From the human T2T-CHM13v2.0 reference genome, Homo sapiens, in assembly GCF_009914755.1 (NCBI RefSeq), contig NC_060937.1: DNA of 64,000 nt. One strand, 5' to 3'. Numbering within the stretch: the stretch's first letter is position 1; each line of letters opens with the position of its first letter. The position numbers and the translations under genes are program-made. Below are positions 15,846-30,361 of the stretch, piece by piece. The notes under the pieces were generated by a model. That model saw nothing but the letters and a program-made list of their open reading frames with translations. It ran no database searches and was not told the DNA's origin.

Positions 15846-18709
15846 AAAGTTCTCCAAGATATATTGTAGGTGGAAAAATAAACCAAGGCTCAGAGCAGTA
15901 TGTATGGTAGAGTAATAAATTTAAGAAAACTGATAAGTGTGTGCTTGTGGAAGATTAAACTTCACATTCTTTATCTTGAAGGTGCAAAGGAAATATTTCT
16001 TTTAATTCCTTTCTATTTTCTCTGATGTTTCTCATGAGCTTTCTTCCTATTTTTCAACTGCTCACTGAATGCCAGGAAAAAAAATAGAACAAAGCTTAAT
16101 AAAACATAACTTAGTTCAAGCCTACTTAAAACTTAGTGTGATTCAGTCATGTGAAGAATATCTTTAGGTTTAATTAACATTCTTCAGAATACATGTTCCA
16201 GTCTTGTTCTTTTATTTGCTTCATCGCTTCTTGGATGCACTGGGGTGTATGGATTTTGCTGACCCTCTGTCATCATGTAGGCATGATGGAGAGGGGTGAG
16301 GATACAGAGGAGGATGGGGAGGGTAGGAGAAAGAAGAGAAGTTGTCAAAAGACAAAGAAGCAACAAATGAGGTAAGGATTTAACAGGCAATTGAACTAAG
16401 CAGTGAAAAGCATATTAGTTTATCTTAGAGAAATGTCAGTAGGATGGTGGGAATAAAATCTGATTGTAAATAAAAGGTGAGACTTGGAATGAAACCTACC
16501 TTCGCCTAATGTAGTACTGATTATATTTTGTAAAGAACAGGAGACACTTGCTCAGTTGTATGGTTTAAGGGGAGGTATCGAAAATGAAGCCAAGGTTGAA
16601 ATAGAGAAGAGAGAGGAATTCGGGACCCAAAGAACCAGAAGGCAAAGAAGTCAAGGCTCCTTGAAAGGAATGGACCTAGACATGGCCTTGGGGGCTGGAG
16701 AAAAGGGAGCAAGATGGATCAGGAAGGAAGTTCAGGAAGGGAGGGGATTTCTGTCTTGCTCCTCAGCTCCAGGGTACCTGAGCTGGGTAAGTGACTTGAG
16801 AAATTGGCTAAAAATTTGGAGGAATCATGAAAAGACATTCACCAAGAATTTCCTTTTCTAGAAGTGAGGATGATTATGTTTTCTGTTTTTCATGCCATTT
16901 TGCAAGTCAAAGTGATTTTTAACTCAGAAGATTAACATATGCTTATGTTATTTTATGCATTATAAACTTGGTAAAGCTATTTTCCAAAGTAAATATTGGT
17001 ATGCCAATGCAAAAGGAAGACAAGATGTATTATCTAGAATGATTAAAAATGAGATAGTTTGTAAATGTAAAACTAAGTGAAGATTATCTATCATGACAGA
17101 TTTTCAGAATGTGGGGTGATATAGCCCATGGGTCAAGAGCAGGGAGGGCAGCCTTGATGGGGGTGGTGAGTTTTGAACTGATCATATTTTCATGGGAAGA
17201 TATTCCTTTTTGTCGAAGTGATTGCCACCACTGTTTTCATGCTCTTTCCTCAATCTCCAAGCTCCTTGGTTTTAAATGGCTTCAAAACAGCTGTGCATAC
17301 TGGCCACTCTAGCAACCTTTCCTTAACTGCATACCTGAGTACAGTTTGCAGTCCCTTTACCAAAATACATGATTTCTATGAGAGTTCTACTTGCTGAATG
17401 AACTGTGTCCAGTGTTTAGTCCTCAAGAAAGGAGATGGGGCATCAGAACAGAGAGAGAGTATCATATCCTGCAAAATATTGCTTGGCTTATGGATTTATT
17501 CTCAATTTAATTTTTCTGTCTACTGATCTAGGTGTTTTTTTTTAAATAGAATCAAAAGTGACAATTCATTTGAAATATTTCTCCCTTGTCCATGAATTGC
17601 TTTGTAAATCTTGTGAGCTACTTCACGAGTTATGAAGTTTTTAAGAATAAATAGCAATGAACTCACTTTAGTCTCCATGCCAAATGCAGATGTTTTTGTG
17701 ATAGCTGATCTTGTTTTGTAGGAAAACTCTTGCCTTCAAGTCCTTCTATTGGCTTTCAAGAGAATAATTTCCTTGTTTTAAGTCAGATCAAGCAAACTGT
17801 CAATAATGTTTATTAACTACCCACTTTACAACAGCTTACAGTGGAGGTTCCCTAGGGAGTTAGAGTTAATAGAAAAGTCATTGCAATTAGAGGATTTACA
17901 ATAAAGTTAACTCAAAATATAAATGTTTGTTAATTTTGAACTGAGTGAGAAGGAAAGAAAAATAAATTATTGCAATCTTCTCCTTTTCAGTTGGGTGAGG
18001 AGAAGATAACATTCCAAAGAATTGAGTGATCATAACATTTGTAGATCATAAGGTGATTATTGGTAATCTTTGTGTTAGCCATTTCACAAATTTATTTGAA
18101 GGAGCAGTAAAAATGTTCTCTCTGTCTATGAAACATCTTCTCCTCAGGCATGATTTGTCAGCTTTGTGTGGGGGATTCTTTACACAGCCCACTGGAATTC
18201 AGTGATGCAATGTTGTTAGTAGGAGAGGACTGACATTTTTTTCAGACAAAGAAAGTGGTCTTGTTTTTTAGACAACAAACTTTGGGGAATGGAGGAATCC
18301 CAAGTAGAATTAGAAAGAGAAGTCATGGAGAGACATTTGGCCTGTTACTTAGTGATTGCCTCAGCTGTGTGTTTCATTATATGGGAGATTTCTATTGCTT
18401 TTCTTTCCTACTGCCTTTAGACACATGTTAGCAAGGAGAAATATATACTTTTGTTAAGAACTTTTTGCCTTCTGATGTAATTTTCAGGATGGCCCTGGGT
18501 ATGTCAGGTACAATATTCAGATTTAATTATTTCTCCCAAGATTCATGTAAATTTCAACCCTCATTTATGAGGTCACCTCTTAAGCATATATATTAAAATG
18601 CATTAATATGTCAATGTGTGGCAGTTACTTTTTGAAACTGCAAACTCAGAAACGCAAAATGATATACCTTCATTTTCCTACAATTTTTGAAGACTGTACC
18701 TTGAGTTTC

Positions 18710-19460
18710 TGCCTTGGTTTGCAAGGGTTACTATAACAGAGTGCCACAAACGGGATGGTTTTGAATTACAGAAATTTTTTGTCACAATGTTTTGGAGACC
18801 AGAAGGCTGAGATCAAGGTGTTGGCAGACTTGGTTCCTCCTGAGGGTTATGCGAGTGGCTCTGTTCTATACTCCCTTGGGAGCTTCTGGCGGCTGATGAC
18901 CCTTGGCTTGTAGACACATTGCCCCGATCCCTGCCTTCATCTTCACAAGGCATTCTCGGTGTGCCTGCCGCTGTGTCCATATTTCCCCCCTTTTTTTGAG
19001 ACAGAGTTTCTCTCATTGCCCAGGCAGAAGTCCAATGGCACGATCTCGGCTCACCGCAACATCTGCCTTCCAGGTTCAAGCAATTCAACTGCCTCAACCT
19101 CCCAAGTAGCTGGGATTACAGGCATGCACCACCACACTCAGCTAATTTTGTATTTTTAGTAGAGACGGGTTTTCTCCATGTTGGTCAGGCTGGTCTCGAA
19201 CTCCCAACCTCAGGTGATCCTCCTGTCTCGGCCTCCCAAAGTTCTGGGATTACAGGCATGAGCCCCCGCTGTGCCCGGCCGAGGTTTCCCCTTTTTATAA
19301 GGATAACAGTCATATCAGATTAAGGGCCCACCTAATCCAGTGTGATCTCAACTAATTCTATCTACAACCACCCTATTTCCAAATAAGGTTACATTCTGTG
19401 GTACTGGGGTCTAAGTTTTCAATATATGAATTGTAGGAGGACACAACTTAGCCCATAACA
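18710..19460 (-). mobile_element. MaLR solo LTR (MLT1B/C-like) interrupted by an Alu
   Basis: gagatcaaggtgttggcag, ccctatttccaaataaggttacattctg, ends cccataaca. Confidence 0.85.
18991..19280 (-). mobile_element. Alu (AluSp-like)
   Basis: Full dimer; ctcaccgcaac and tttctccatgttggtcagg diagnostics; flanking tttcccc(c)ttttt repeats. Confidence 0.93.
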
Positions 19461-21378
19461 GCTCTCAGTCCACTGATGACAGAATGTTATTAAATTCCAT
19501 TTAGGTTGCTCTCAATCAATGTGGATTTTCCCCGGAGTCAAGACAATAATCCTTGGGAGTAAACTGTTCACAGTTCACAGGGCTTTGCCACTGTCACCTG
19601 GTCCCTGCTTATGTCTCATTTCTCTAGCTGCTGTCTTACACGATGACATCTGTATTTGCCATGTGGTCAATGGTGGGCAGTCCTTGTGGGCCCATCTACT
19701 TGTTCTCACCATAGGTCCTCTTCAGATAGCAACCTTCCTTTGAAGCAATTATGGTTGTTCTCATGAGCCATGCTGCGTCTGTGGAACATTTGGTGGCCTG
19801 TGTCAGGCATGTGTGGCCTTAACAGCCACAAGTGCCTTATTCTGTTGAAATTGTTCTGAGATGATTCAGAGAAAATTTGCAACTCTCCAGGGATATGCAG
19901 TTTGGACCTGAGGCTCTGTCTTTCCCTGTCTGTACTCCACCCCTCCTGGGGTGGGGCAGGGGACAGGGCCCTTTTGTGGAGTGCCACACAATTCATAGCT
20001 TTTCTATGCATTTCTCATACTGGCATCACATTTTTCTGAATAATAGTGTCCTTTTCATTTAAATAGTCATTAATTACATTCTCTTGGCTCTTCACAGCCC
20101 CTCAGGTTGCAAAGATTAGTATTACTCTGTCTTCCCCCAGGCAGTGACTTATGAATGTGTCAGGATACTATGAGTTGTAACATCTCTTGATTTCACTGAA
20201 ATCCCAAAACAACATCATAGTTAAACAACATCTTTAATATTACTGCTTACAGAAAGACTGTTTCTGACATATGTTTTTCCTTTTTTAAATTTTTGAGTGA
20301 AATATTATCATAAAGTATAAAAAGTGACAATATTAATATTGTGTGTTCATCACCCAGCTTAAAAAATAGAATTTTTCTTATAGCTTTGCAAATCTAAGCT
20401 TACATCAATTCAAAACTTTTTTGATTACACATCAAAAGTGAAACTTACACATACATGCATATTCATTTATAATTTATATAGGCATATTTTACGTCAATAT
20501 GTTGTGCACATAAAATGTACAAAATAACCATTTTTAAAGATAAAACAAAAATAAGGATATGTATTAATTCTAGTGTTTTCTTCTTGTATCCCAAATATTT
20601 TTTTTTGTACTCCCTCAACGAGGGCCCTATATTTTGGAAACCACCAGTGTGTATCAGGACCTTTGCTCTGAAGATGAAAAACACAGAAAAATTAATTTTT
20701 GCTGTTGGTTATGTTTCTGTTGCTTTTCCAAAGGCAGCTGATGTCAAGGTATAATATGGATATGGGAAGGGGTGGCGTTTAGGAATCTTAAAATAATACA
20801 CAGACAACGCACACAAGAAAATATATATGCATGTATTTAAGTATCTACATATATGTATGTGTATATATATGCATGTATTTAAGTGTTTTGTGTGTGTGTG
20901 TGTATGTTTTATATAGATAAAACATTGGTTAGCACTTTAAAGTCTTTAAATTCTTATCTGGCTCCAATTGGTTTTGAATTCATCTGTTAGTAGGTTTGTC
21001 TGTTAGTTTTGTGGACATTCTCCAGGAAAATTTCTTATCTCTGTAACCCAGATGCACTATTAGTATTTGATCAGGGATTTTTGTGTGCCATATGAGAGAA
21101 GGACTCAGACTCAGAATTTTCACTTAATGTCCTTTATTTCATTCTGCAAAAGTACTTCTTCATTTAAGCTTAGGGTTGTGATGGTCAAGACAGTTGTGTT
21201 AGGGCAACCTGCTCTCCAAACACTTTCAGTGTGGATAGTAATAGCTATGATTTGACTGATAAGCAGTGTTCTAAGTGCTTTGTGCGTACTGACTTATTCC
21301 ATACATTTAACAGCTCTATGGGAGAGGGGCTATCATTAGCTCCTTTTTCACAAAGGAAGACACAGAGATAATGAGAGG

Positions 21379-22149
<771 letters not shown>

Positions 22150-22637
22150 ATGGATTAAATAGTTGCCTAAATTTACATAGTGAGCAAGTCATACAAGCAG
22201 AATTTGAGTCAAGCAGTCTGTCATTGGAGCCTGCACTCCACAGCCCTGCCTTATCCCTCCTCAGGGGACAGACAGAGCGGTGCCATGCTGATGCACAGCT
22301 CCTGCTGGGGCATGAGGAATAAGGCTGTGGGCAGAGATTTTTCCTTAGGCAACCAGTGGAACTTAGGATGAAGAACGCAGCACTGTCAGGTGAAGAATAT
22401 TATTAATGTTTATCAAAGATGCACATTCAAGATTTCTGAAAAACATTTTCAACACTGGAAGGCATGTTAAATATCATCTCATTACACAGTGCTTTTACTT
22501 TGAGTCGCCATTTAAAAGATAAAGTTTATAGCCTTGCTGATCTCCTTGGCATATGCTTACATACATATGTGAATACATAGACACACATATATGCACATAT
22601 AAATGTGCATGTCGTTCTTCATTTAACCAGATTCCTT

Positions 22638-22750
22638 GTGCCCCTGTATTAAAAATGGTCAAGTTTCTATTTCAAACCATGCAATAATTATAATATCAGA
22701 TAAAGAATTCTTTCACAATCTTTTCTTAGAATTCTAGATGTGACTTAGTT
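22638..22750 (+). repeat. Copy 1 of a local ~100-bp direct duplication
   Basis: Matches 25268-25379; 46-bp identical core at 22696-22741. Confidence 0.9.
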
Positions 22751-23014
22751 TCCTTCCTCTACAGTGAGGGAGGAAATAAGAGTGATTTGTGAAGATGCAT
22801 ATTTTTTTTCAGTAAAACTGGGGAGGTTTCACTTATCTCGGGTCTCCTATTCTGGATACAACATTTCAAGAGTCTTGGATTCCTGTTTGATTATCAAGTT
22901 CACTTCCACTGACCAATAAATATTGGTAGATGTTAAGTTCTCAGGCTTGAGAGGCTTCTGTCATTTGGTGTGTCCGATGCTAACAGACACTCTTAAATAA
23001 AATGCCTCATGAGG

Positions 23015-23317
<303 letters not shown>

Positions 23318-23408
23318 GCCTAACGAGAAGGTAAAAGAGCAAGGAGGAAACTAAAGCAAGGATTGCTTTTATTGCAAAAGAGGTGGAGGAATCTTTAAAG
23401 ATTTCTGA

Positions 23409-23673
23409 TACAGCAGAAAATCAGATATTGCATGTTCTCACTTACAAGAGAATGAGCTAAACAATGAGTACACAGGGACATAAAGATAGACATAAGATAC
23501 TGGGGACTCCAGAAACGGGGAGGGAGGGAGAAGGTGGAGGTTGGAAGGTTACCTTTTGGATATAATGTTCATTATTTGGATGATGGGTACACTAGAAGCT
23601 CAGTCCCCACCATTAGGCAATATACCCATGTAACAAACATGCACTGCTACCCCCTGAATCTAAATTTTTTAAA
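23409..23673 (+). mobile_element. 5'-truncated L1PB-type 3' end
   Basis: gcatgttctcacttacaag...cccatgtaacaaacatgcac...ccctgaatctaaa; TSD aaagatttctga at 23397-23408 and 23674-23685. Confidence 0.85.
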
Positions 23674-24088
23674 AAAGATTTCTGACAAATAGAGTCTTAG
23701 AACTGAAAGCTAGAAGGTGACAAAGAGAACGGAGAATGTCTGTCATCAAATCTAGTGGTCTTCCCTTTCTCTCGTTCCCTTCTCAGGACACCTGAGATAT
23801 GCCATACTCTCTTTTATTATCATGGATTCTCTGGTAGGGAAAGGGTCACCAAGTTTTTGGGATTTACGTGGATGAAACGGCAGAGGAAGATAATTCCGAT
23901 ACCCTCTTAAAGGGACATGCCTTGCCTCCCTCAAGAAATTCTGATCTCATATACATTTTTAATTTACCAGACAAAAATATTGGGACCAGAAAAATTAAAA
24001 GATTAACCATCTGGCTGAAGGCCACAGAGCTAGCAGTGACATAATCTATACTAACACCTAGAGGTTTCCTGAATCCCAAACTAGTGCT

Positions 24089-24131
24089 TGTGTATTTGTA
24101 TTTGTGTGTGTATGTGTGTGTGTGTGTGTGT
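24089..24131. repeat. (TG)n microsatellite
   Basis: Direct inspection. Confidence 0.85.
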
Positions 24132-25267
24132 TTATATAACTTTCATGAATTTGATACATGAATATATGTTTGACTTTATAAAATTTTCTAAGTTCAGCCA
24201 AAATACTGTGTTTTGCTTTACTATAATTTCAATTTCATCCTTTAGTCACAGGTTATTAGAAAACCCCCTAATTTTAGTAGCATTAATGCAAACACACCTT
24301 AACAATAAACATATCATGATTATCTGCAATACTTTAATGGATACTCTGAATGACACATAGAATTTTAACTGGTCATGGTTGCTTTTAGTAGCAAACAAGA
24401 TCTGATCACAATTAATTGATGTCTGTCACCCCCTTGTTTTAATAGATTGAGTGCCCAATTTGAAAATACTACTTTGTTGTGAGAAAAAGAAAATAATTGA
24501 GGATATAGTATGGGATTTTGCAGATGAAGGGAATCTTGGGGCTATTCAATCCAATCTCTTAATTTTGCATGTGAATACAGTGAAGTAGGTCAAGAAAAAT
24601 TTCATGACTAGATTTCTGAATTATTTCATGTAGTTTTAGCATTATTCAATTTTAAATCGTGAAGTTCAATAATTTACTGTTATAGTTCTTTCACCAAGGA
24701 TTGTGAATAATCCAATTCTAAGCATGTGTGTTTCAAAGGAAGCAGTAAAAATAAAACCAGTGCTATCCAACAACCAATCCATAGCTTTTACTAACACCAC
24801 TCTTCCTACAGCAAAAGAGTCCTTTCAAGTCCATTGCTAAATTCCAGAACTAAACAGATAATGTTGGCTGTCATGGGAAAAACATAGCTTTTGAGCTTAC
24901 CAGCTATATGACCTTGAGCCAAACCAAACTACTTAAACTCTGCTCAGTCTTTTCACTTGTAGAATGGAAAAACAAAGCCCATCTCACTGGCTCATTATGA
25001 AAATCAGACTAACTTGCATAAAGTACTTATCATAGTACTGGAAGCCAATAATTATTAGATTCCCTTTCTTCTCTTCTTTTTTATTTTCCTTCAAGATTAC
25101 ATGGCTAGTTAGTGTCCAGGCAGGACAAGAGTGGAGACCTTTTAATTTCGAGGCAGTGGAACCCTCTATATTCTTCCGTTGTCCACATGAAAATGCTCTC
25201 AGGAATGAAAAGCAGAAATACCTAAGGAACATTTTTTTTCTCAGCTTGAGAAGCAAGCCAGGGACTG

Positions 25268-25379
25268 GTGCCCTGTCTTAAAAATGGTGAAGTTTCTATC
25301 TCAAATCATGAAATAATTGTACTGTCAGATAAAGAATTCTTTCACAATCTTTTCTTAGAATTCTAGATGTTACATTGTT
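25268..25379 (+). repeat. Copy 2 of the local ~100-bp direct duplication
   Basis: Identical core at 25325-25370. Confidence 0.9.
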
Positions 25380-26109
25380 TTTTTGTTTCTTATTACTAGA
25401 GAAGGCTTAGGAATCTATGGTGGCTCAAAAATGACTAGAGAAAAATTGAGTTTATCTGTTATAAACTGAGCATATTTGAATACACTGGAAAATAGGACAC
25501 AAAACAGGTTTTTGGAATTTACATATTTGAACAAAGCAAATGAATTTTAGCTGGCAGAGTCAACTAAGTGTTCAAATTAAAATACCCCTATTTCAAGGTT
25601 ATCATGAGGCTGTAGCAGTGGTACACCTAGCTTATCAGATGCACAGAGAGAATAAATTTTTAATACCTATCCTTCTCTATGTGATAAAATTGTTGCCAGT
25701 AATAATCATGAAGAGATAATTAACAATCAGATTTTTAAATTTGTTTTTTAGTCTTAAAACAAGTAACAGTGTATGTAGAATAATACATTTACTTTTAAAA
25801 GATATTGCAAAATTAAGTTAAATAATTTATATATGAACAAAAATTTGCACTTACCTCAAAAGTTATGCATTACATCCCTCTGTATGCTGTTTTAAAATGT
25901 AAAACAAGTAAACATTCCAAGTGGTTAAGAAGACAAATACAAGTAACTCAAATTATCCTTTTTTTGTATTTACAATCTCTGAGCTATAATTGTTTATTTC
26001 CAATATACATGTAAATGCAGGGCTGTGTAGCATCACAGGTTTTGGGGATGGGAGCTATAGTTATTCTTTACCCTTGATGAACTTATTTGCAAAGTGTCTG
26101 TAAGATTTT

Positions 26110-29100
26110 GGTTTCCACTTAGGGATGTAGAAAGTTACAAAGTGTGATTCCCATTCTTACACTGAAGAAAAGTGGGACGAATTAAAAATCCCCATGTGTT
26201 TCTGAATTCATCCAAGATCTGAAGTCACAGGAAAAGCAACTGGCCCCAAATCTGGAGATAGATAGGCAGATGAAGGGAGAGAAATGAGCTCGGGCTTAGC
26301 TGGGTAGACATAATTAGGTGCTGAGAAGGGTGGTGGGAAAGTTGGTAGCGGCCAAGTATGCCCTCGTGAATGAGCATGAAGCCCCGGGTGCTGCAGAATT
26401 TGAGAGAGCCCAAACCCTCTTCAGATTTGTATCTATAAATCCTACTGAGCTCTCACAGAAAGGACTGGAAGATGCTTTTGAAAACAGATCCAGGAAGTGG
26501 GGAACTCAAGGAAGAGAGGAGCAACTCCTCCAGGATGGTCATGAAACTATCCAGACATTTAGTACCTGTTTCCCCTATAAAACAAAATCTTTCACTGTCG
26601 GGGAAAGGGTAATACATCTCCTTGCTCTTAGGGCACTTGTAAGTATCCATGGCAGCTATGGGAAGGAAACAGGAACATAAATAAATGAAAGCTCGACATA
26701 GATAAATAACGAAGAAAACATATCACACAAAAACAAAGAGGTGGACTTATCATTTTCAAATTACCAAACACAAAAACAAACAGAAACTCTTACAGGCAGT
26801 TACAGAAAAAGAAACATATGCAGAGGAACAAAGATACTAATGACAGGGGACTTCTTGTCAGAAACCATGCAAGCGTGGGGAAAATGGAGAGACGTCTTTG
26901 AAAGCCTGAAAGAAATAAATGTTAGCATTGAATTCTATATCCAGCAAAAAGTATATTCCAGAAATGAAAACAATTAAGGATTTTTATGAGGCTATTCATT
27001 ACAGCAGACCTACCCTAAATAAATGTAAAGGAAGTTCTTTAGACAAAAGGAATGTGATACTTGACAAACTTGAATCTACACAAAGAAATGAAGAGCAATG
27101 AAAATGGAATAAATTAAAGTGTAATAGCATTATAGTTTTATTTTTAGTTGCTCTAAAAATAACTGACTGTCTAAAACAAAATTAATGGCAGTAGATTGTG
27201 TGTCTATAGGAAATGTGTGTGTGTTTATGCAAAAATAAAATGGCACAAAGAATGGGAGGAAAGAGCTGGGAATTTAATGTTTTAACTCTTAGAGTTTTAA
27301 CTCTTTCCTAGAATTACATATAAAGTGGTACAATATTATTTGAATGTAAACTCTGGTTGGTTAAAGATATATAATGTATACACTAGGACAACCACTAAAA
27401 ATCAAAGTATACAAATAGCAGAGGAAATAGAATAAAAAATAATGCTCAATAAACAAAACAGCAGAAAAAAGAGGCAAAAACAAGAACTGATAAAGCTAAT
27501 AAAAATTGCTTAGAAAGTTGGTAGATTTATATCCAGCAATGTAAAAAATCATGTTAAATGTGATCTCTTTAAACTCACCAGTTAAAAGATAGAGATTGTC
27601 AGATTGTATAAAAACTGAGACACGACTAATCTATAAGAAATGACTTTAAGACATTGACAGGTTAAATATAAATGAATGGGAAAGGTATTCTATGCAAACA
27701 CCCGTCAAATGAATACTGGATCAACTATACTGATGATAGACAAAGTAGGCTTTAGGACAAGAAATAATATCAAGGATAAAGAGAGATATTACACAATGAA
27801 AAAGTAATTATATCCTAAGTTTTAAAATGCTAAGTATATATACACATAAAGCATTTCAAAATACATAAATTTAAAAAATGACAGACTGAAAGGGGAAAAA
27901 ATCCACAATTGTAGTCAATGTCAATACTCCTTTCTCATAGTCGACAGAACAAGTAGATAGAAAATTAGTGAGGATATAGCAAACCTGAACAAAACTATAT
28001 TACCAGCTTGACCAAATTGACATTTATAGAACAGCAGAAGATACATTATTTTAAAATGCACAAGGAAAATTGAACAAGATAGATCATCTTCTGGGTCATA
28101 ATAGAAGCCTTCAGAAATTTAAAAGAAACTGTATTATCATATAATAATGTGATTAAACTAGAAATTACAGAAATAGATCTGAAAAAAATTTGAACAACAC
28201 ACTTCTACATAACCCATAGGTTAATAGGAAATCTCAAAGGATATTAAAAATATTTTAATGAATGAAAATAAAATAATTTATAAATAAAAATATTTAACTG
28301 AATGAAAATAAAATATAACATATCAAAAATTTGTGGATTGCAGCTAACATAGTACTTAGAGAAAAATTTACAGAATTAAATGTTTATATTAGAACAGAAG
28401 AAGTGTTTAAAATTAATTTATACTTCTACCCTAGAAAATAGAAAAAAAAGACCTAATTAAATCCAAAAACAGGAGAAGGAAGAAAATAATAAAGATTAGA
28501 GAAAAAAATAGTGAAATTGAAAAGAGAAAAACAATAAAGAAAATCAATAAAACCAAAAGCTGATTATTTGAAAATAACAATAAAATTGATTTATTTTTAA
28601 GCAGACTGATCAAGAAACCTACAGGACATACAAATATTACCAGCATCAGCATGAAATAACATACATAATATCCAACACTATGCATGTTAAAAAGATAGTA
28701 AGCTTATGATATAAGCAAGTCTATGCCTGTTAAGTTCAGGAATTTAAATGAAATGGGCCAAGTCCTTGAAAGACACAATCTGCCAAAAATCAATTAAAAA
28801 GAAATAGATGACTTGAATAGCCAATATTGGTCAAGCAAAGTGAATCATAGTTAAACATTTGTAAAAATGAATATTCTAGGCTCCAATGATTTTACTAGCA
28901 AATTCTACCAAACCCTTAAGGATAAAATAATGCTGATTCTATACTACCTCTTCCAAAAACTAGGAGATTAGAGAATACATTTCAAATCATTTCACTAGGG
29001 CAAAATTTTCCTTATCCTAAAAGTAGACAAAGACCTTACAACAAACAAAACTGCATGCCAGTATGATTTATAAACATAGAACACCAAATCTTTAATAGAA

Positions 29101-30135
29101 TATTAGCAAATGGAATCCAATATATAAAGAAATATATAAAAATATAATACTTATTACCAACCAAATGAGGTATATCTCAAGATGCAAGGCTGGTACAACA
29201 TTAAAAAATCAACCAATGTATTTCACTGTAGTCACAGACTAAATATTGTTAAGATGGCAATTCTCTCTACTTTTATCTATAGATTCAATGCAATCCCTAT
29301 CAAAATCTGTGCAAGCTTTTTTGCTGATGTCAACATACTGATTCTAGACTTTATATAGAAAATCAAAGGAACTACAAGAGCTGAAATAATTTTTTAAAAA
29401 GAACAAAGTTGGAGTTCTCAGAATACTTGATTTCCATACTTACTATAAATTAGGGTAATCAAGACTGTGGTTGTAGCAGAAGAATAAGCCTAGAGTTAGG
29501 CAAAGGTTTTTCAAGTAGATACCACAAAAACCACTATTAAAGAAAAAACTTGATAAATTGGATTTAATTAAGATCAAAACCTTTTACTCTTCAAAAGATA
29601 CTGTTAATAGAACAAAAGGCAAGTCACAAATTGGGAGAGAATATTTGCAAATTACATTTGTGACAATGAACTTCTATCCAGGAGATACGTACATATATAT
29701 GTATATACAACAATTTATATACATATATATCCGTACATATATGTATATATAACAATATATAACAATTTATGTACATATATATGTATCCTGGATATGCATG
29801 TATATATGTGTATATGTTGATATATATATATATGTTTTTATATATACATATATATGACAATGAACTTGTATCCAGGATAAACATACATATACATGTATGT
29901 ATAAATTTTTAAACATATATATAGAAACACAGGTATATATGTATGTGTATATGTACATATATGTATATGTAATTATATATGTTATATAGTCATATATAAA
30001 AAATGACTCTGCAATTTCAATACAAAAATGGGCAAAAGAAGATAGATGTCCCTAAAACTTAAAGTATAATAATAATAAAATTTAAAAAAAGAAGATAGAT
30101 GTATTGCAAATAAGCATATGAAAGGATATGCAGTA
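26110..30135 (+). mobile_element. Old, internally deleted L1M (5' end, ORF1 C-terminal remnant, ORF2 remnants)
   Basis: ORF 26741..26977 LMTGDFLSETMQAWGKWRDVFESLKE resembles L1 ORF1; endonuclease-like DNA at 27530-28200; aagatggcaattctc...agattcaatgcaatccctatcaaaat; (TA)-rich expansion at 29690-30000. Confidence 0.8.
30050..30086 (+). mobile_element. 37-bp L1PA 3'-terminal micro-insertion
   Basis: ccctaaaacttaaagtataataataataaaatttaaa between 16-bp TSDs aaaagaagatagatgt (30034-30049, 30087-30102). Confidence 0.88.
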
Positions 30136-30139
30136 TCAT

Positions 30140-30361
30140 CAGAGCAGAGTTACACTGCCACAAGCCAAGAAATGCCCAAGATTACCTGCAACCACCAGCA
30201 ACTGAGAGAGAGGCATGGAACAGTTTCTCCCTCAGGTCCTCCAGAACTAACCAACCCGATTTCAGGTTCCAGTCTTCATCACTGTGAGAGAATAAATTTC
30301 TGTTTTTTTAAGCCACCAAGTTTGTGGTGCTTTGTTATGGAAGATTCAGGAAACTAACACA
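30140..30361 (+). mobile_element. MLT1-type LTR 3' half
   Basis: gccacaagccaagaaatgc...gagagaataaatttctgttttttaagccaccaagtttgtgg...ggaaactaacaca. Confidence 0.8.

Noticed and set aside
26318-26680. 120-aa ORF as a novel gene
   Set aside because: Starts at GTG within the 5' region of an old L1M and has no domain or exon support.
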